Positions 16,465 to 27,357 of a stretch of 64,000 bases of DNA are shown in pieces. The stretch comes from a virus. Under the pieces are notes generated by a model. That model made no database searches. It was given only the letters and a program-made list of their open reading frames with translations, and had not been told where the DNA came from. The translations under genes and the position numbers were made by a program. How positions within the stretch are numbered: the first letter of the stretch is position 1; every line of letters begins with the position of its first letter. The DNA lies in the IMG/VR virus record IMGVR_UViG_3300006931_000005, positions 1 to 64,000 of that record; one strand, given 5' to 3'.

Positions 16465-19400
16465 AGCAAGATGATTTTGGCGGCATCGCATTGGACGATC
16501 CACAATCATCTGACGAATTTGGTGGTGTACCGTTGGCACCTTCCACATCGACAGATGAATTCGGTGGGGCACCTTTAACTTCACCGGCTCCGATTCAAGT
16601 CCCGGCGCAGAGCCAGCCGATGCCGGAGCCGATTCCATTCAAAAACCCGGACATCATCGCGCCCGCGCCGGAAGCGCCGTCGATCCCCGGCGTCTTGGCC
16701 CGCAGCGCGGCCAGAAATGTTCTGCCGACCGCAGGATTTATTGCGGCTGCGCCAGTCGGTCGCTTGGCCGGTGCTGCTGCTGGTGCCCGCACTGGCGCTC
16801 TGCTTGGAGCTCTGGTGCCCGGTCTTGGTGAAACTGGCGTCAGTGAGGGCGTTGGCGCAGTGATTGGTGGCCTTATCGGTATGTTCGCCACTGGAACAGC
16901 GGCGGCAACTGCAACGAAAGCACTTCAGACTGGCGCTGCCGATTACGTCGCACCAGATTCTTTCCTTGGAACGAAGTCGGAGCAGGCGGATATGGCGGCA
17001 CATCCCATCGCCAGTGAGCTGGGAAGCCTTGCCGTCATCGGAAAACCGAATCCGTTCAACATCATCCGGGCTGCACGCACCATCGGGTCGGATACCGGAC
17101 GCGCAGCACTCGCCGATCTGTTGAAAACTGGCGCGACCAAGGGCGGCTATCAGGAATGGGCCAAGACTTACTCGCCAGAGGTGCAAAAATCTGCTGTCAA
17201 CGTGCTCAACGTCGCGCAGGCGGGCGGCATCAACGCGGCTTTCAATGTGTACGACCAGATCAAATCTGGAAATTACAGCGCGGGCGACCTTTTACGGTCG
17301 GCGGCGGAGGGCGCTTTGTTCAATGAGCCTTGGATTCACGCAAAAAATCCTGCGACCGACTCGTTTGATTCCGCACTGACACCCGAACAGGCCACGGAAG
17401 CGAATAAAAACCTCCGGGCGTTGAGCCCGTACCCGGAAACCGGGACGCCGACGAACATCTCGAAGGGGATCGTGGCCGTTCCGGTCGGTCAGCGGACGCA
17501 TATCATCCAAGTGAACGGTCAGGACGCCGCCGTTTTGAAGCACGTCGATGGCGCGGACTTTCAGAAGGCGCAGGACGATGCTGGCGCGTCCGGGTGGGAC
17601 GGATATTTTCTTAAAAAAGACCCGGAGAGCGGCAATCCGACGATCTACATCAACATGGATCACCTGAACCGTCAGGATTCCCTGTTCACGCACGAGTCAA
17701 CGCATTTGCTGGAGGCCATGGGGCTCATCAACCAGCAGCAGATGGACGCCGTGAACACGACCTACGGCCAGATCAAGGTCAAGGACGCCGACGGAAATGA
17801 ATTGCCCATCGCTCAAGAGGTGGCGAACCGTTACGCGAAATTTAATCAGGACAACAGCCGACCGGATCAGACGCCGGAAGATTTTCAGCGCGAACTTTTC
17901 GCCAACATCCTGCAACACTGGCATGAAACCGGGACTGCGCCGAAAGACACCTTCATCAAGCGGGCGATTGATTTCATTTCCGGCATTGCCGGGCTCGATA
18001 AATCGGGCGAACAGCACGCGAGAGACTATATCGCTGGCCGTTTTGAGAAGGCACCTGAAGAAGCCGGAGCTCCGGCGACCGCCGATCTTGTTCCGGCTGG
18101 CGCAGCGAGCGCGGCTCCTTTGCCAAATTTGGCATTTGACAAAAATCCTGTTCCGTCGCAGGCTACGGGTGATGTCAGACAAGCCGAAGAACGAGCAGGA
18201 GCCGGAGTACCACCGCCCGCCGAAGGGGTGGAAGCCGGGAGGCCCGCCGTTGGTGCTCCGCCCGCCCGCCCCGGTGCCGAGCCCAACGCCGCCGTCCAGC
18301 AAGCCGCCAATGCCTACAACGAAGCCGTAGGTCTCGGCCCAACGCAGCCGCATTACGTCCCGGTGGACGAGGCCCGTGCCCGCCAGATCGCCGCCGAGTA
18401 CGAGAAGCTTCCGAAAACCGACCAGTCTCCGCAGACCCTTGCGTCCTACGAACAGCTTGGCAAGGAAATCCAGCAGCAGTGGGATTATGCCCGGAACAAA
18501 ATGGGCATCACGTTCGAGGCTTGGACGAAAGAGGGCCAGCCCTACGCGAATTCCCGCGAGATGGTGAAGGATGTCCGGGACAATCATCACCTTTATTTTT
18601 TCACAGGCGGCGATGAGCATCCGCTGCTCAACGTCAAGGACGCTGACGGGCTCACGCTCAATGACAAGCTCCGGGCTGTCCATGACCTGTTCGGTCATGC
18701 GGCGGAAGATTTTCAATTCGGCGCACGCGGCGAGGAAAATGCGTGGATCAAGCACAGCCAGATGTTCACTCCCCTCGCGCAGAAGGCGCTGACGACCGAG
18801 ACCCGTGGCCAAAACTCGTGGGTGAATTACGGGCCGCACAATTACGAGGCGACCGGTGCCCGGAGAAACATCAAGCCGCAGGATCGTCCGTTTGCGGATC
18901 AAAAAGTTGCCCTGCTCCCTGACTGGGTGCATGATTGGAAAGGCCCGTTAAATGAAAACCAAAAAGCACAGTTCAGCGTCCCGAAACAAGCGCCCGATTT
19001 CACCGACCTCCAGTGGTGGAAGCGTGACAAATCCGAACCGGATGCAGGCGCTCGTGAATCTGGCGCTCCAAGAACTATCGCAGGTAATCCCCGCGAGCTC
19101 GCCCCCGGCGAACGCGACGGCAAAGTAACACTCACGCACTGGTCGAACTTCGACCTTCACGGAAAGGCGATTGATCCGAATTTTTACGGCTCCGGTTATG
19201 CCGGTGAGGAAAAAGGCCGTCGGGTTTTCAAAAAGTCTTGGCTGAACCGCAGCTATTTTGGAATGAAGGGCTACGTCAAAGAAGGTGGCCTTGGCCGATT
19301 CAAGCACAGCGTCACGGTGGACGTGAACAAGCTCTACGACCTGAAGAATGATCCCGACCGGCTGGGTGAAAAAGTCGGCGCGATCTCCGACCGGCTGTAT

Positions 19401-22400
19401 CCGAAGGGTGGCACGCAAGCCGATCTCACCGTTTACGAAAATCTCATCAAGAAGGCCGGGTACATCGGATACTACAACACCGATTATGCGGTGGCCGCGC
19501 TGTTCGACAAGGTGCGCGTCCCGGCCCGCGTTTCAATCATTCACTCGGTTGAAAATTTCAAGCCCGCCACACACAAGGACATGACGCCGGAGGAGCTGCT
19601 GACATCGGCGCAACAGGTGCGGATCAAGGCTCCTTCCGGGACTACCGCATTGCGTGTGATCGACTCGAACGGCAACACCGTGATTCATAACCTGTCGAAA
19701 TTCTCGACCAGAAATCCGCTGTTCAACAAGGATGTGGTGCGTGTCAGCCCGGTATCGGTGAAAACCAGTGGCGTGTACAAGAACCATCCGATCCCAGTGA
19801 AAGGGCCAGTGCGCGTCGAGCCGACGGCGATGTTTTCGGTGCCGAAGAAAAAAGAATTTTTAGATGCGGGCGAGGAATCTCGCAATCCAAGACCTAATGC
19901 TACGACATTGCCGACTCCACCGACAGGGGGGCTTAAAGAAATCGGAGATCGTACCGCATCTAAGTTTAATTACGATAAAAACGTGCTGGATGAAAATGGC
20001 GCGATGAAGCGATTTTATCACGGAACAGGAAAATCGGATCAATTAGTAAAATCTGGAGGATTTAGCTATGAAAAAGCCAGCGACGAATCACTGTATGGAA
20101 AAGGATTATATTTCACTGAAAATCCTGAAATTGCTGGAGGAACAGTCGTAGGCGCTGATTTGGTAAAACGCGGATATGCTGGCAGCTCTGGTGCTGTCAT
20201 TCCGGTCAACATCAATGCCAAAAATCTTTTTGATGATTCGGTCGGTATTCCGAAGCAGCAAGCCGAAAAGCTGGTGCTAAAATATATTGATAAAAACGGT
20301 GAAAACGATGTCCAGCTTAACGGCAAGTATGGATCATTCGCCGCCGCAAAACCGGTAATTAAAGCGCGTGAATCAATAGATAATTCGTTTCGAGAATTGA
20401 TTGATGATTTGGCGCAAGAAAAATCAATTCGGGATTTAGTTAAAAAATATGTTCCAGCCGGAAGTTTATCTGGAAGCCAGACCATAAAAGATCGTTTGAG
20501 CTGGGCTTTTGGTCGGCGCAGTATCCATAACTCAATCGCGTCTGAACAGGATAAGTCGGCTGGTGGAATACGGGCTGAATCAACAGGTGATATTAAGCAA
20601 AAAATTTACCAACTCGATGATCTTGAAAAGCAAAGCAATGCTCTTGATCGTCAAATTTCAGAGGCGATGGGGCAGGTTGGTAAGTATTCTGACTTTGTAA
20701 AAAAAGTAATTGAAAATGTTGATGGCCCTGTGAAATACGGCGATCTTACAGATATTTTTTTACAGGACAAAAACGAGGTCAATAATTTTTTAAGAAATTC
20801 TGGATACGATGGGATTACTCATATTGGAGGAACTATCACAGGTAGCGATCCACATCGCGTTGTAATTGTTTTCGATCCGAAGCAGATTCGCTTTGCGATT
20901 GGCGCAGATCAGCCTTTCTTTTCAGTTCCAAAAAATTCATCTCAAGAGCTGAAAAAATTTCCGCGCACAGCCATCGACATTCTGATGGACGAATCGGTAA
21001 TCAATCCGGTGCGTCCGAAGCAGGTTGCCGAATTCGATCTCATGGGCGATGACGAGGCCGCAGGATCGACCAGCTTCTCCCGCGTGTTCGCGGTTGCCGA
21101 CCACCTTTCCCGCCGATCCGCGCAGCTTGGCGGTGGAGCCCTGCACGAGCTCAACGACACAAACGCCGAGACGCTGGCAAACACTGTGGCGAACGAGGCG
21201 GAGTACGCGATCAACCGCGATCCGAAGGCGATTGGCTGGTACGACCGCGAAATGAAGGCGGCGATGGGCCAGATTTTTAACCGGCACCCGGAGCTGAAGA
21301 AAGATCGCGGCCTGCAATCCGTTTTCAAATCCATTCTGGCGATCACCAACAACGGCCAGAATGTTTTTGCGAATTTCGCGCAGGCGGACAAGCTTTACAC
21401 GGATTGGCGCACGGCGGGCAAGGTGCCGGACGAGGAGAACTGGGGCGGCAAGAGTAAGGGCGCGATCAACGACGGCCTGAAGATGCTCAACCTGCTCATC
21501 GAGAAGCTGGGCACCGCGAATCTGGAAAAGTTTTTGGCCAAGGAATTCAAGGTTGGCGATCTCAAGAGGGCTGGATTCGACATCAGTTCTGAAAACACCG
21601 AGCACATGGCGCACGGCTCGCTGATCTACGGCCCGAAGGTCGGCGGCGGATTCTATCAAAACCTGATCGGCAACCTGAATCCGATCACGATGGATATGTG
21701 GCTCATGCGGACGATCAACCGTATGCGCGGCACGCTCACCGAGCCCAGCCTCACGGCGCTCCCGGATCAGATCGACCGGTTCATCAAGTCGATGAAGAAG
21801 CAGCCGGACAGCGAGGCGATTATCGCGGATGCCAAGCGCGTGAAGCAGCAGATTTTGGACGGCACGCTCGACGTGAACAAGGAGAAGGATGCTCCGGGTG
21901 TGATGCTGACCGCCGCCAAGAATTTGTACGACGATTACCGCAACAGCGGGTTCGTAAAGCGGACGGAGCTCAACCGCAGCTCGAAGCTGATCGCCGAGGA
22001 ATTTTTCGGCATCAACGAAGCGCCGACTTCGGCGTCCGAGCGTGATTTCATCCGCAATGTTTTCGTCCGGGCGCAGGAGAAGTTGAAAGCGAAAAAAATC
22101 GACATCACGAACGCCGACCTGCAAGCCGTTCTGTGGTATCTTGAGAAGGATATTTATGGAAAACTTGGAGCAACCGACCGCCGATCCGCGCCCGCCAGCT
22201 ACTCGGACGCCGCCGCAGCCCTCAACCGAAAACAGCTCGGACTTTTCGATGAAGAACAAGGACGATCAGGCGATCTTCGAGGAGCTGAATCCGCTGGCCC
22301 GGAGATCAATCGCTTCGGTGAAGCTGGCAAGCAGCTTACTGGCGCACAGGCGCTCAAGCGGGTCTCCGTCCAAGAAGCGGAGCCTGTACCGCAGTTCTCG

Positions 22401-25400
22401 GTGACGAAGAAGCTGAAGTTTTACGAAGGCAAACGCTTCGGTGACGTGAAGGACGAGGTGGTGCCGGAAGTTCCGCCGTTTCATCCGCTCGGCGTCGAAC
22501 AATTCAAGCAGGCCCGCGACAGCATCGTGAACCTCGCGCACACGACCGGCGCGATCCAAGCGCGTGGTATGCGGATCAACTTCGCCAACCCTGATCCGGT
22601 CACGGCCAAGCGCCTTGGCGTTGACCAGAACAGCATGGTGGCCCGCGCCATCCACGCGATCTCAAATTCCGACCGGCGCACGGCGAACGAAAACAAGGTG
22701 CTGCTCGCCGACAACATTTTGAACACGGTGAAGCAGGCTGATTTCGTCACCAAGATTCAACGTGATTCAACGGACGGTGATAATGTCGGCCAGTACGGTA
22801 CGGCATTCATCAAGGCTTACGATATTGACGGCAAGAAGGTCTGGCACCTTGTCCAAGTGGACGGCAATGGTGATTTTATCACGCAATTTTCTTGGCCGGA
22901 TACGGAAGCTGAAAATGGACGGGTGATGCGGTCGCAGATTGTGCAGGTTGGTCAGCGGGTTGGTGGTTTGCTAGAGTCGAAGGTTAATCCGCAGGCCGAA
23001 GCCCCGACGCCTTCTAATTTCGCTCCGCCAACCGCTGACCAAGGTGAGATTGCCACATCTGGCAAAGAGGCGCAACCTCAATTTTCAGTAGCCAAGGAGG
23101 AGAAGCGGGCGCAGGTCGGCGGCATCCCTGAAGTCGGTCAGGTGCGCGATACCGAATCCATTTCCGACAACCAAGCGCACATCCGCGAGCGCCTGTTCGA
23201 CGGCACGCAGCCTGTTTCTGACGAGAACACATCCGCCGCGTGGCAGGTATTCGACGAGATGACGGGCAACAACCGCTCCCAGATCGCCGGGCAGTTGAAA
23301 GACGCCTTTGGCGGATCGCGGCTGCTCCTTGGCCTATATAAAGGCGAGGTCTGGAAGTACGCCCGCAAGCTGGCGGTCAACGGTGACGATTCGCTGCTGC
23401 GGGCGATGTACGATCACAGCGAACAGTTTGAGACCCTTGCCGGTGGTGGCGCATCAACCGCTGGCTCCGCGCTCCGGGCCGAGGCCGAGAATGCAAACGA
23501 TCCGGTCAACCGGGCACTCCAGTCCGCCTACGAGACCGAGCGCGAAAATGCGGCCCAGTCCGCCTCCGGCATCGACCGCGAGACCTTCACCGGACTGCTC
23601 AAGCGCCTGCGTAGCCTGAAGCTGACGCCGGACGAGGTTGAGAAGGTGGTCAAGGAGGGCAAGCTGCCGGACGGCAAAACCCTCGAAGAAGCTTTGGACG
23701 AGCTTACGCCGGAATCGAAGGAGGCCATGGCGTTGCTCGACAAGTATCAGCGTTCGCAGACGGAATGGCTGAAGCCGGACGTGAAGAAGTCGATCATCCG
23801 CGTGATCGTGGACGCCGCCATCGGCGAGAACAAGCTGGCGCGTTACGACGAGAAGGATTTTCAGGATCGGTTGTCCACCCGGCTGCAAGAAGCCACGGTG
23901 CCGAAGGAAGTCGCCGACCAGCTCGCGTTCGAGGTGTGGAAAGACAAGGCTGCACGCGAGGCCACCAAGACCGACAAGGCTGTCAAGGCGGATGCCGCGT
24001 TCGAGCAGAACCGGGCGCAGGCCATTCTCGACAAATTGCAATCTGACCAGACCGAAGTGTTCAGTCAGGCCCGGCGCTCGAAGGTTGCTGACATCGTTAA
24101 GGCGTTTTACAAAAACCCTGCGGCGTCCGAAGAAGTGCGAGCCCAGCAGATCGCGCAGCTCGAAAAAGATTTGGTTAATGAGACCGTGAAACCCGCAACG
24201 GCCAAGGAGCTGGCGCGGGAAGCTGGCCAGCGCAAGCTGGTGCTCGAAGCAAACGACCGGCTGGCGCAGGAGAAGGTCACGGCCAACGAAGCGCAGCAGA
24301 CCGCTGAACGCGAGCTCGCAAAATTCGAGGAGAAAAACTCCGGTGTCGAATGGCTGAAGGAAAAAGGCAAACGCGATCAGGTGCTTCAGGCGATTGCCGA
24401 TGCGCTGAAGTCGAAGTCGCCGATCCTCGATGATCCGACACCGCTGGTGAACGAGACCAAGGCGAAGCTCACTGCGCTCGGCGTAGATGAGGCCACGGCG
24501 GGCAAGCTGGCTTTCGAGATCGAGACCGTCCGGCGCACGCAGTTCGCCAACAGCCGCGTGAAGGCGATGGAAAATGCCGCCAAATCTAAAAGCCTGCGGT
24601 CGCTCATCGAATCTATCCTCGAAACCCCGTACCGCGCCCAGTCCGACCCGAAATGGCTGCATGAAACTGCTGTCCGCTGGTTCGAGTCGAACGGTCTCGG
24701 CAAGGATCAGGCTGAAGCCGCCGCCCGGCTGTTCGACAAGGAGTTTAAAGAGGCGTTGGCGCAGGCCAGCACCAAGGTTGCCGAGGCTGAACTGAAGAAA
24801 AAAGTATCGCCCCGCACTTACGATGATCTGGAGCGGTTGATCCGGGCCGGAATTTTCGACCCGGACAAAAACTGGATCGACCAGCTCGCGGCGAAGAACG
24901 GCTGGAAGAAGCCATCGCGTGACCAGATGCTCAAATTGCAGGAATTGGAGCACAAGCTTTCCGATCCTGAATTGTCACCCGAAGAAGTGCGCGACATCCA
25001 AGAGCAGCAGATGCACGTCCTGCGTCACGTCGGCAAAAAAAGGGGCCAGACCCTCCGGGCGCTCGGCGAATCGTTCACTGCCTCGCTGCTGTCCGGCATC
25101 CGCACGCTTACCGTGCAGACCTCGCCGACGGTCATGGCCCTCCGCGATCTGCCGATCATGGCGCTGTCCGATCCGAAGAACGCGATGAATTTTGCGAAGG
25201 CGATGTACAACTCCTTCAAGGCAAATGCGGTCGCGGCGTTCAAATTCGCGTGGATGAAGGACGCCTACGGTTTTCACTTGAGCGAGCTGGAGCACGGCTT
25301 CAACGAGATGAAGCGCATCTCCGAGGAGACGGATCAGGTGGTCAACTCAAAGACCTCGACGCCGGTTGCCAAGGCGCTCGCGTACACCAAGAAGCTCTAC

Positions 25401-27239
25401 GCGCTCCAGCGTTTTGTTTTCCGCAACCTGAATTCCATCGACCAAGCTTCGATGGCTGTCACCCGCGAATGGAAGCTGGCGTATTATTCCGCTTCTGCGT
25501 TCAAAGAAGCCGGGCTGACGAACACGGACATTTCGCAGTTGATCGACCACATCGAGATGCTGCGTAAAAACGAATTCGAGAAAGCCATCGACGCCGGGCT
25601 GGATGCGAACACGGCCAAGGTGCGGGCCAACAGCCGGGTCGCGGATTCCGTCTGGGATTTCGTGAATAACAAGACCGGTCGCAGCGATCTTGCGGATCAG
25701 GTTATCAAGGCTACCGAGAACGACGTGTACTCCACCGTCGGTCGTGTGCCGCACGGCTTGAATTCAACGGATGAAGGCTTCCTGACCCGGTTCTCCGGCT
25801 TTAATCATTTCCTGCAATTCGTGTCCAAGGTTCGCGGCGAAGGCGGGCTCCAGAACATCGGCACCACGGCGCTGATCGGCATGATTAACATTCCATTCCG
25901 CACGACCCGTTATTTTTCTGACTTCTCGCCCTACGGCCTGCTGCGCTACGGTATCTACAAGTACCGGCTGAATCGCGGCAAGGAAAACTTCTGGAAACAG
26001 ACGTATGGCAACGCGCTTCAGGCTCGCGCCCGGCTGTACTCCGCGCTCGCGGGCACCGTTGCCATGGCCGCAGCGACCGCATGGGCGCTCAAGAGCAACA
26101 CGGCGGACGACAAGGCTGGTGACGAGGACTTCGGCCTGTACATCACCGGCAAGGGGCCGAACAACAAGGTGCTGGCCGATGCGTGGGTCAAGCGTGGATT
26201 CAAGCAGTATTCGGCAAACTTTGTTTTCGGTGGCCACATCGTTGCGATTCCGCTGACCCGTGCGGGCGAAGCCCTGATGATGCCCTTCATCCTGCCCGCC
26301 GCGCTCGATGACTATGCGTGGAAATCGAAAGAGGCGGAAGCGGGCGGTCATCCGATCAAGACTCCGATTTCATCCGCCACTGCATCACTGATCGGCGAGG
26401 CAATGTACATGACCGGCCAGTCAGGTATCCTCCAGACTTTTGGCCAGCTCCAGCAGGCGACTGAAAACGGCGGCAGCTTGGGCAAGGCGGCGGTCAAGGT
26501 CGGTGTGAGCGCGGCATCATCGACGGTGTTACCCTTCCGCCAGCTCCTCGCGTCCGTGAGCGAAATGCTTTTCGGAAGCATGGATAATTCAAGCATCAGC
26601 TCGCTGATCGCAAACCAGTTTCCAATCGTGGGCCTGCCGTTTCAGAATCCGGCTGTCAACCGCTTTGGTGATCCGATGTACGACCGTAGCTGGTACGGTC
26701 TGATCGCCCGCACTGGCGTTCCCATCGCTTTTCAGATTTCGCGTTCGCCGGAAAATGAGCGGTTGTACACGACGCTCGTGGAAAAAGGAATTTCGCCACC
26801 GCCGCTGAATCGCTCCGATCTTGAATCGAAGTACGGCGACATGACCGATCAGCAGTTCAAGCAGTTTGCTACCGTTTCAGGTCAGGCGTTGAAGCAGGCA
26901 ATCACAAAGAATCTTCCCGACCTTCAGGGCATGAGCTCGGTGGACGCGAAGAACCTGATGTTCAAGCTGGCGATGCAGGCGAACGCTCAAGCGGCCATGG
27001 CCATTGGCGTGGCTCCGCAGCCCGCAGCCGGTCAGACTGCCGCCGCAGGGTCGGCTGGTGCCGCGCCGTCGAAACAGAAAAAGGCGAAGCTTTCCAAGGC
27101 GTCTAAATCAGTCCGGTCGCTTTACAAGCTGCCGAAGATGAGCCTGTCTCCGGTCGGTAAGAAATCTCACAAATCGACCACGGCCCGGCGCGGTGGATCG
27201 CTCTACGGCGTGCAGCCACGCCACCTCTACGGCACCTGA
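16461..27239 (+). CDS. Giant polyvalent ejection protein (metallopeptidase, two ADP-ribosyltransferase-like domains, glycosylase-fold domain, nuclease-like domain, helical C-terminus)
   Basis: 3592 aa; D(D/E)FGG repeats; HESTH; HDLFGH..RGEENAW; LTHWS...RSYFG; FYHGT...GLYFT...GYDGI...VFDPKQIR; GWYD...GPKVG.FY.NL...TMDMW...LQAVLWY. Confidence 0.88.
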   Translation: MKQDDFGGIALDDPQSSDEFGGVPLAPSTSTDEFGGAPLTSPAPIQVPAQSQPMPEPIPFKNPDIIAPAPEAPSIPGVLARSAARNVLPTAGFIAAAPVGRLAGAAAGARTGALLGALVPGLGETGVSEGVGAVIGGLIGMFATGTAAATATKALQTGAADYVAPDSFLGTKSEQADMAAHPIASELGSLAVIGKPNPFNIIRAARTIGSDTGRAALADLLKTGATKGGYQEWAKTYSPEVQKSAVNVLNVAQAGGINAAFNVYDQIKSGNYSAGDLLRSAAEGALFNEPWIHAKNPATDSFDSALTPEQATEANKNLRALSPYPETGTPTNISKGIVAVPVGQRTHIIQVNGQDAAVLKHVDGADFQKAQDDAGASGWDGYFLKKDPESGNPTIYINMDHLNRQDSLFTHESTHLLEAMGLINQQQMDAVNTTYGQIKVKDADGNELPIAQEVANRYAKFNQDNSRPDQTPEDFQRELFANILQHWHETGTAPKDTFIKRAIDFISGIAGLDKSGEQHARDYIAGRFEKAPEEAGAPATADLVPAGAASAAPLPNLAFDKNPVPSQATGDVRQAEERAGAGVPPPAEGVEAGRPAVGAPPARPGAEPNAAVQQAANAYNEAVGLGPTQPHYVPVDEARARQIAAEYEKLPKTDQSPQTLASYEQLGKEIQQQWDYARNKMGITFEAWTKEGQPYANSREMVKDVRDNHHLYFFTGGDEHPLLNVKDADGLTLNDKLRAVHDLFGHAAEDFQFGARGEENAWIKHSQMFTPLAQKALTTETRGQNSWVNYGPHNYEATGARRNIKPQDRPFADQKVALLPDWVHDWKGPLNENQKAQFSVPKQAPDFTDLQWWKRDKSEPDAGARESGAPRTIAGNPRELAPGERDGKVTLTHWSNFDLHGKAIDPNFYGSGYAGEEKGRRVFKKSWLNRSYFGMKGYVKEGGLGRFKHSVTVDVNKLYDLKNDPDRLGEKVGAISDRLYPKGGTQADLTVYENLIKKAGYIGYYNTDYAVAALFDKVRVPARVSIIHSVENFKPATHKDMTPEELLTSAQQVRIKAPSGTTALRVIDSNGNTVIHNLSKFSTRNPLFNKDVVRVSPVSVKTSGVYKNHPIPVKGPVRVEPTAMFSVPKKKEFLDAGEESRNPRPNATTLPTPPTGGLKEIGDRTASKFNYDKNVLDENGAMKRFYHGTGKSDQLVKSGGFSYEKASDESLYGKGLYFTENPEIAGGTVVGADLVKRGYAGSSGAVIPVNINAKNLFDDSVGIPKQQAEKLVLKYIDKNGENDVQLNGKYGSFAAAKPVIKARESIDNSFRELIDDLAQEKSIRDLVKKYVPAGSLSGSQTIKDRLSWAFGRRSIHNSIASEQDKSAGGIRAESTGDIKQKIYQLDDLEKQSNALDRQISEAMGQVGKYSDFVKKVIENVDGPVKYGDLTDIFLQDKNEVNNFLRNSGYDGITHIGGTITGSDPHRVVIVFDPKQIRFAIGADQPFFSVPKNSSQELKKFPRTAIDILMDESVINPVRPKQVAEFDLMGDDEAAGSTSFSRVFAVADHLSRRSAQLGGGALHELNDTNAETLANTVANEAEYAINRDPKAIGWYDREMKAAMGQIFNRHPELKKDRGLQSVFKSILAITNNGQNVFANFAQADKLYTDWRTAGKVPDEENWGGKSKGAINDGLKMLNLLIEKLGTANLEKFLAKEFKVGDLKRAGFDISSENTEHMAHGSLIYGPKVGGGFYQNLIGNLNPITMDMWLMRTINRMRGTLTEPSLTALPDQIDRFIKSMKKQPDSEAIIADAKRVKQQILDGTLDVNKEKDAPGVMLTAAKNLYDDYRNSGFVKRTELNRSSKLIAEEFFGINEAPTSASERDFIRNVFVRAQEKLKAKKIDITNADLQAVLWYLEKDIYGKLGATDRRSAPASYSDAAAALNRKQLGLFDEEQGRSGDLRGAESAGPEINRFGEAGKQLTGAQALKRVSVQEAEPVPQFSVTKKLKFYEGKRFGDVKDEVVPEVPPFHPLGVEQFKQARDSIVNLAHTTGAIQARGMRINFANPDPVTAKRLGVDQNSMVARAIHAISNSDRRTANENKVLLADNILNTVKQADFVTKIQRDSTDGDNVGQYGTAFIKAYDIDGKKVWHLVQVDGNGDFITQFSWPDTEAENGRVMRSQIVQVGQRVGGLLESKVNPQAEAPTPSNFAPPTADQGEIATSGKEAQPQFSVAKEEKRAQVGGIPEVGQVRDTESISDNQAHIRERLFDGTQPVSDENTSAAWQVFDEMTGNNRSQIAGQLKDAFGGSRLLLGLYKGEVWKYARKLAVNGDDSLLRAMYDHSEQFETLAGGGASTAGSALRAEAENANDPVNRALQSAYETERENAAQSASGIDRETFTGLLKRLRSLKLTPDEVEKVVKEGKLPDGKTLEEALDELTPESKEAMALLDKYQRSQTEWLKPDVKKSIIRVIVDAAIGENKLARYDEKDFQDRLSTRLQEATVPKEVADQLAFEVWKDKAAREATKTDKAVKADAAFEQNRAQAILDKLQSDQTEVFSQARRSKVADIVKAFYKNPAASEEVRAQQIAQLEKDLVNETVKPATAKELAREAGQRKLVLEANDRLAQEKVTANEAQQTAERELAKFEEKNSGVEWLKEKGKRDQVLQAIADALKSKSPILDDPTPLVNETKAKLTALGVDEATAGKLAFEIETVRRTQFANSRVKAMENAAKSKSLRSLIESILETPYRAQSDPKWLHETAVRWFESNGLGKDQAEAAARLFDKEFKEALAQASTKVAEAELKKKVSPRTYDDLERLIRAGIFDPDKNWIDQLAAKNGWKKPSRDQMLKLQELEHKLSDPELSPEEVRDIQEQQMHVLRHVGKKRGQTLRALGESFTASLLSGIRTLTVQTSPTVMALRDLPIMALSDPKNAMNFAKAMYNSFKANAVAAFKFAWMKDAYGFHLSELEHGFNEMKRISEETDQVVNSKTSTPVAKALAYTKKLYALQRFVFRNLNSIDQASMAVTREWKLAYYSASAFKEAGLTNTDISQLIDHIEMLRKNEFEKAIDAGLDANTAKVRANSRVADSVWDFVNNKTGRSDLADQVIKATENDVYSTVGRVPHGLNSTDEGFLTRFSGFNHFLQFVSKVRGEGGLQNIGTTALIGMINIPFRTTRYFSDFSPYGLLRYGIYKYRLNRGKENFWKQTYGNALQARARLYSALAGTVAMAAATAWALKSNTADDKAGDEDFGLYITGKGPNNKVLADAWVKRGFKQYSANFVFGGHIVAIPLTRAGEALMMPFILPAALDDYAWKSKEAEAGGHPIKTPISSATASLIGEAMYMTGQSGILQTFGQLQQATENGGSLGKAAVKVGVSAASSTVLPFRQLLASVSEMLFGSMDNSSISSLIANQFPIVGLPFQNPAVNRFGDPMYDRSWYGLIARTGVPIAFQISRSPENERLYTTLVEKGISPPPLNRSDLESKYGDMTDQQFKQFATVSGQALKQAITKNLPDLQGMSSVDAKNLMFKLAMQANAQAAMAIGVAPQPAAGQTAAAGSAGAAPSKQKKAKLSKASKSVRSLYKLPKMSLSPVGKKSHKSTTARRGGSLYGVQPRHLYGT

Positions 27240-27281
27240 AAATTCCCTGTTGACTTCTTTGCCAGATTTGGCATTGTTACT

Positions 27282-27356
27282 TCGTGGCCCGAATAACGGA
27301 GCGTTACCGTAACGGCGAAGTCCTCTGGATGGAGCGTGCAAGAGCAGAGGCCACGA
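27282..27356 (+). ncRNA. tRNA-sized structured RNA 1
   Basis: Closing stem TCGTGGCC/GGCCACGA with internal hairpins; directly after TTGACT-N16-CATTGT. Confidence 0.45.
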
Positions 27357-27357
27357 C

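Noticed and set aside
25034-25046. A7 run in the giant gene as a frameshift site
   Set aside because: The frame stays open with coherent sequence, and I saw no evidence for a meaningful alternative product.
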